Positions 63,199 to 64,000 of a DNA stretch of 64,000 nt are shown piece after piece. The stretch comes from Burkholderiales bacterium (GTDB lineage: Bacteria > Pseudomonadota > Gammaproteobacteria > Burkholderiales > Burkholderiaceae_C): contig JACRAY010000010.1 of NCBI GenBank assembly GCA_016213325.1, forward strand, positions 68,927 through 132,926. The letters run 5' to 3'. The notes beneath the pieces were generated by a model. It was not told the origin of the DNA. It worked only from the letters and a program-made list of their open reading frames with translations, and ran no database searches. The position numbers were made by a program, and so were the translations under genes. Position 1 is the first letter of the stretch; each line of letters starts with the position of its first letter.

Positions 63199-64000
63199 AT
63201 GACTGTCGTCGGGTGGCTTGTCATCGGAGTACTCCTTGTCGGAGGCATCCTCGCCGCGGTCGTGGCGGTCCTTGCGGCAGCCATTAAGGCGGCGAAGACG
63301 ACTTCGGAGGCAGGTGCCGGCATTGTTTCCTCGTGGCTAGGCCGCCGGCGCCTAGCTGTGAACGCCATCATCCCTGATGCACTCAGGCCGGGCTCTAAGC
63401 CCATCCCCCAGAAGGACATTGACCGGCTTGAACTAGCTTCTTATCGGCCCGAGACGCTGCCCATTCCGGTTCCAGAGCCCAAGGTGTTCAAGAGCCCTCT
63501 AGCGTCTGTGTTCCCTGAAAGAACGCAGCCCACCACCAGGGTCGTCATCGATCAAGTGGCCACAATACTTTCGATGCCTCCAACGAGGACCTATGAACCC
63601 GCGTTCGATGCGTTCGGAGATTTCAAAGATCTGCTGATAGCTTGTTATCCGATCAGCAGACCCGCGCCCCCCCACATCGAACCACCTCCCTCATGGACAC
63701 CGTGGCACCCCGAGCTTCCCGACGCGACGTTCTCGCCGCCTCTCTGGCAGGGATGGCCGTCCTTTTTGAACGTGTTTGTCCACGCGGTTCACAGGGAAGA
63801 AATGGAAAAGGTTGCCCGTGCGACCGCCAGGAAGACCGCCCTGCTTGAGGAATGTCAGCGGCGCAATGACGCCTTGGCCGCGCTCTCGAAAGAGGCGGAG
63901 AACTCATACGATCGTGCAAGCGCGCAGCAACAGATGGAGTTTTCCAGAGTGCTGGGAGCTTGGAAAGCATCTTCCGAGGCATGGGCGGATTCGGTTGAAG
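63199..64000 (+). CDS. hypothetical membrane-anchored protein, 5' part (open at the window end; not on the ORF track)
   Basis: My own translation: MTVVGWLVIGVLLVGGILAAVVAVLAAAIKAAK... (TM), then a Pro-rich linker (...PIPVPEPKVF...RPAPPHIEPPPSWTPWHPELP...), then a helical region (...REEMEKVARATARKTALLEECQRRNDALAALSKEAENSYDRASAQQQMEF...). No stop occurs before nt 64000. An alternative in-frame ATG is at 63109. Confidence 0.5.
   Translation, partial: MTVVGWLVIGVLLVGGILAAVVAVLAAAIKAAKTTSEAGAGIVSSWLGRRRLAVNAIIPDALRPGSKPIPQKDIDRLELASYRPETLPIPVPEPKVFKSPLASVFPERTQPTTRVVIDQVATILSMPPTRTYEPAFDAFGDFKDLLIACYPISRPAPPHIEPPPSWTPWHPELPDATFSPPLWQGWPSFLNVFVHAVHREEMEKVARATARKTALLEECQRRNDALAALSKEAENSYDRASAQQQMEFSRVLGAWKASSEAWADSVE

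Overview
A 64 kb, very GC-rich chromosomal segment. Gene content and repeat types suggest a Burkholderiales/Comamonadaceae betaproteobacterium (Bug-family binding protein, 'PAKAGIQ'-type REP hairpins, T2SS gene order); this is inference, not a database hit. Most of the window is densely packed housekeeping and catabolic operons. (1) A HexR-type central-carbon block: zwf-hexR lies divergent from an Fbp/Afu-type ABC transporter that is co-oriented with tal-pgi. (2) A long minus-strand peptide ABC operon with two family-5 binding proteins, an embedded M20 amidohydrolase and a terminal GNAT. (3) A porin, coq7, osmC, ilvA and a degenerate CobS-like protein. (4) A type II secretion locus with gspC-like divergent from gspGHIJKLMN-D-E; no gspF or gspO is present in the window. 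(5) An accessory island (33.8-41.5 kb) with two leaderless Ca-binding repeat giants (RTX/Ig-like and RTX/FG-GAP). They share a C-terminal module and flank manC plus an ExoV-like pyruvyl transferase, with a beta-solenoid lipoprotein alongside. (6) A small cspA operon, a cytoplasmic trypsin-like protease and membrane proteins. (7) Acyl-CoA catabolic clusters: a TPP enzyme with a family III CoA-transferase and an ACAD; then a split ACAD10/11-like kinase + dehydrogenase pair with an MBL hydrolase, a NitT/TauT ABC transporter, an AtuA-like protein and a MalT/LuxR regulator. (8) After REP elements at about 61.7 kb, a visibly lower-GC stretch encodes uncharacterised membrane-anchored proteins and runs off the window edge. 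I found no rRNA, tRNA, CRISPR array, transposase or integrase. Many long ORFs on the track are antisense 'shadow' ORFs typical of high-GC DNA and are rejected. The best candidates for something undescribed are the 33.8-41.5 kb surface-protein/pyruvyl-mannose island and the low-GC edge region. All functional calls rest on my reading of the translated ORFs and remembered family motifs; nothing was searched.
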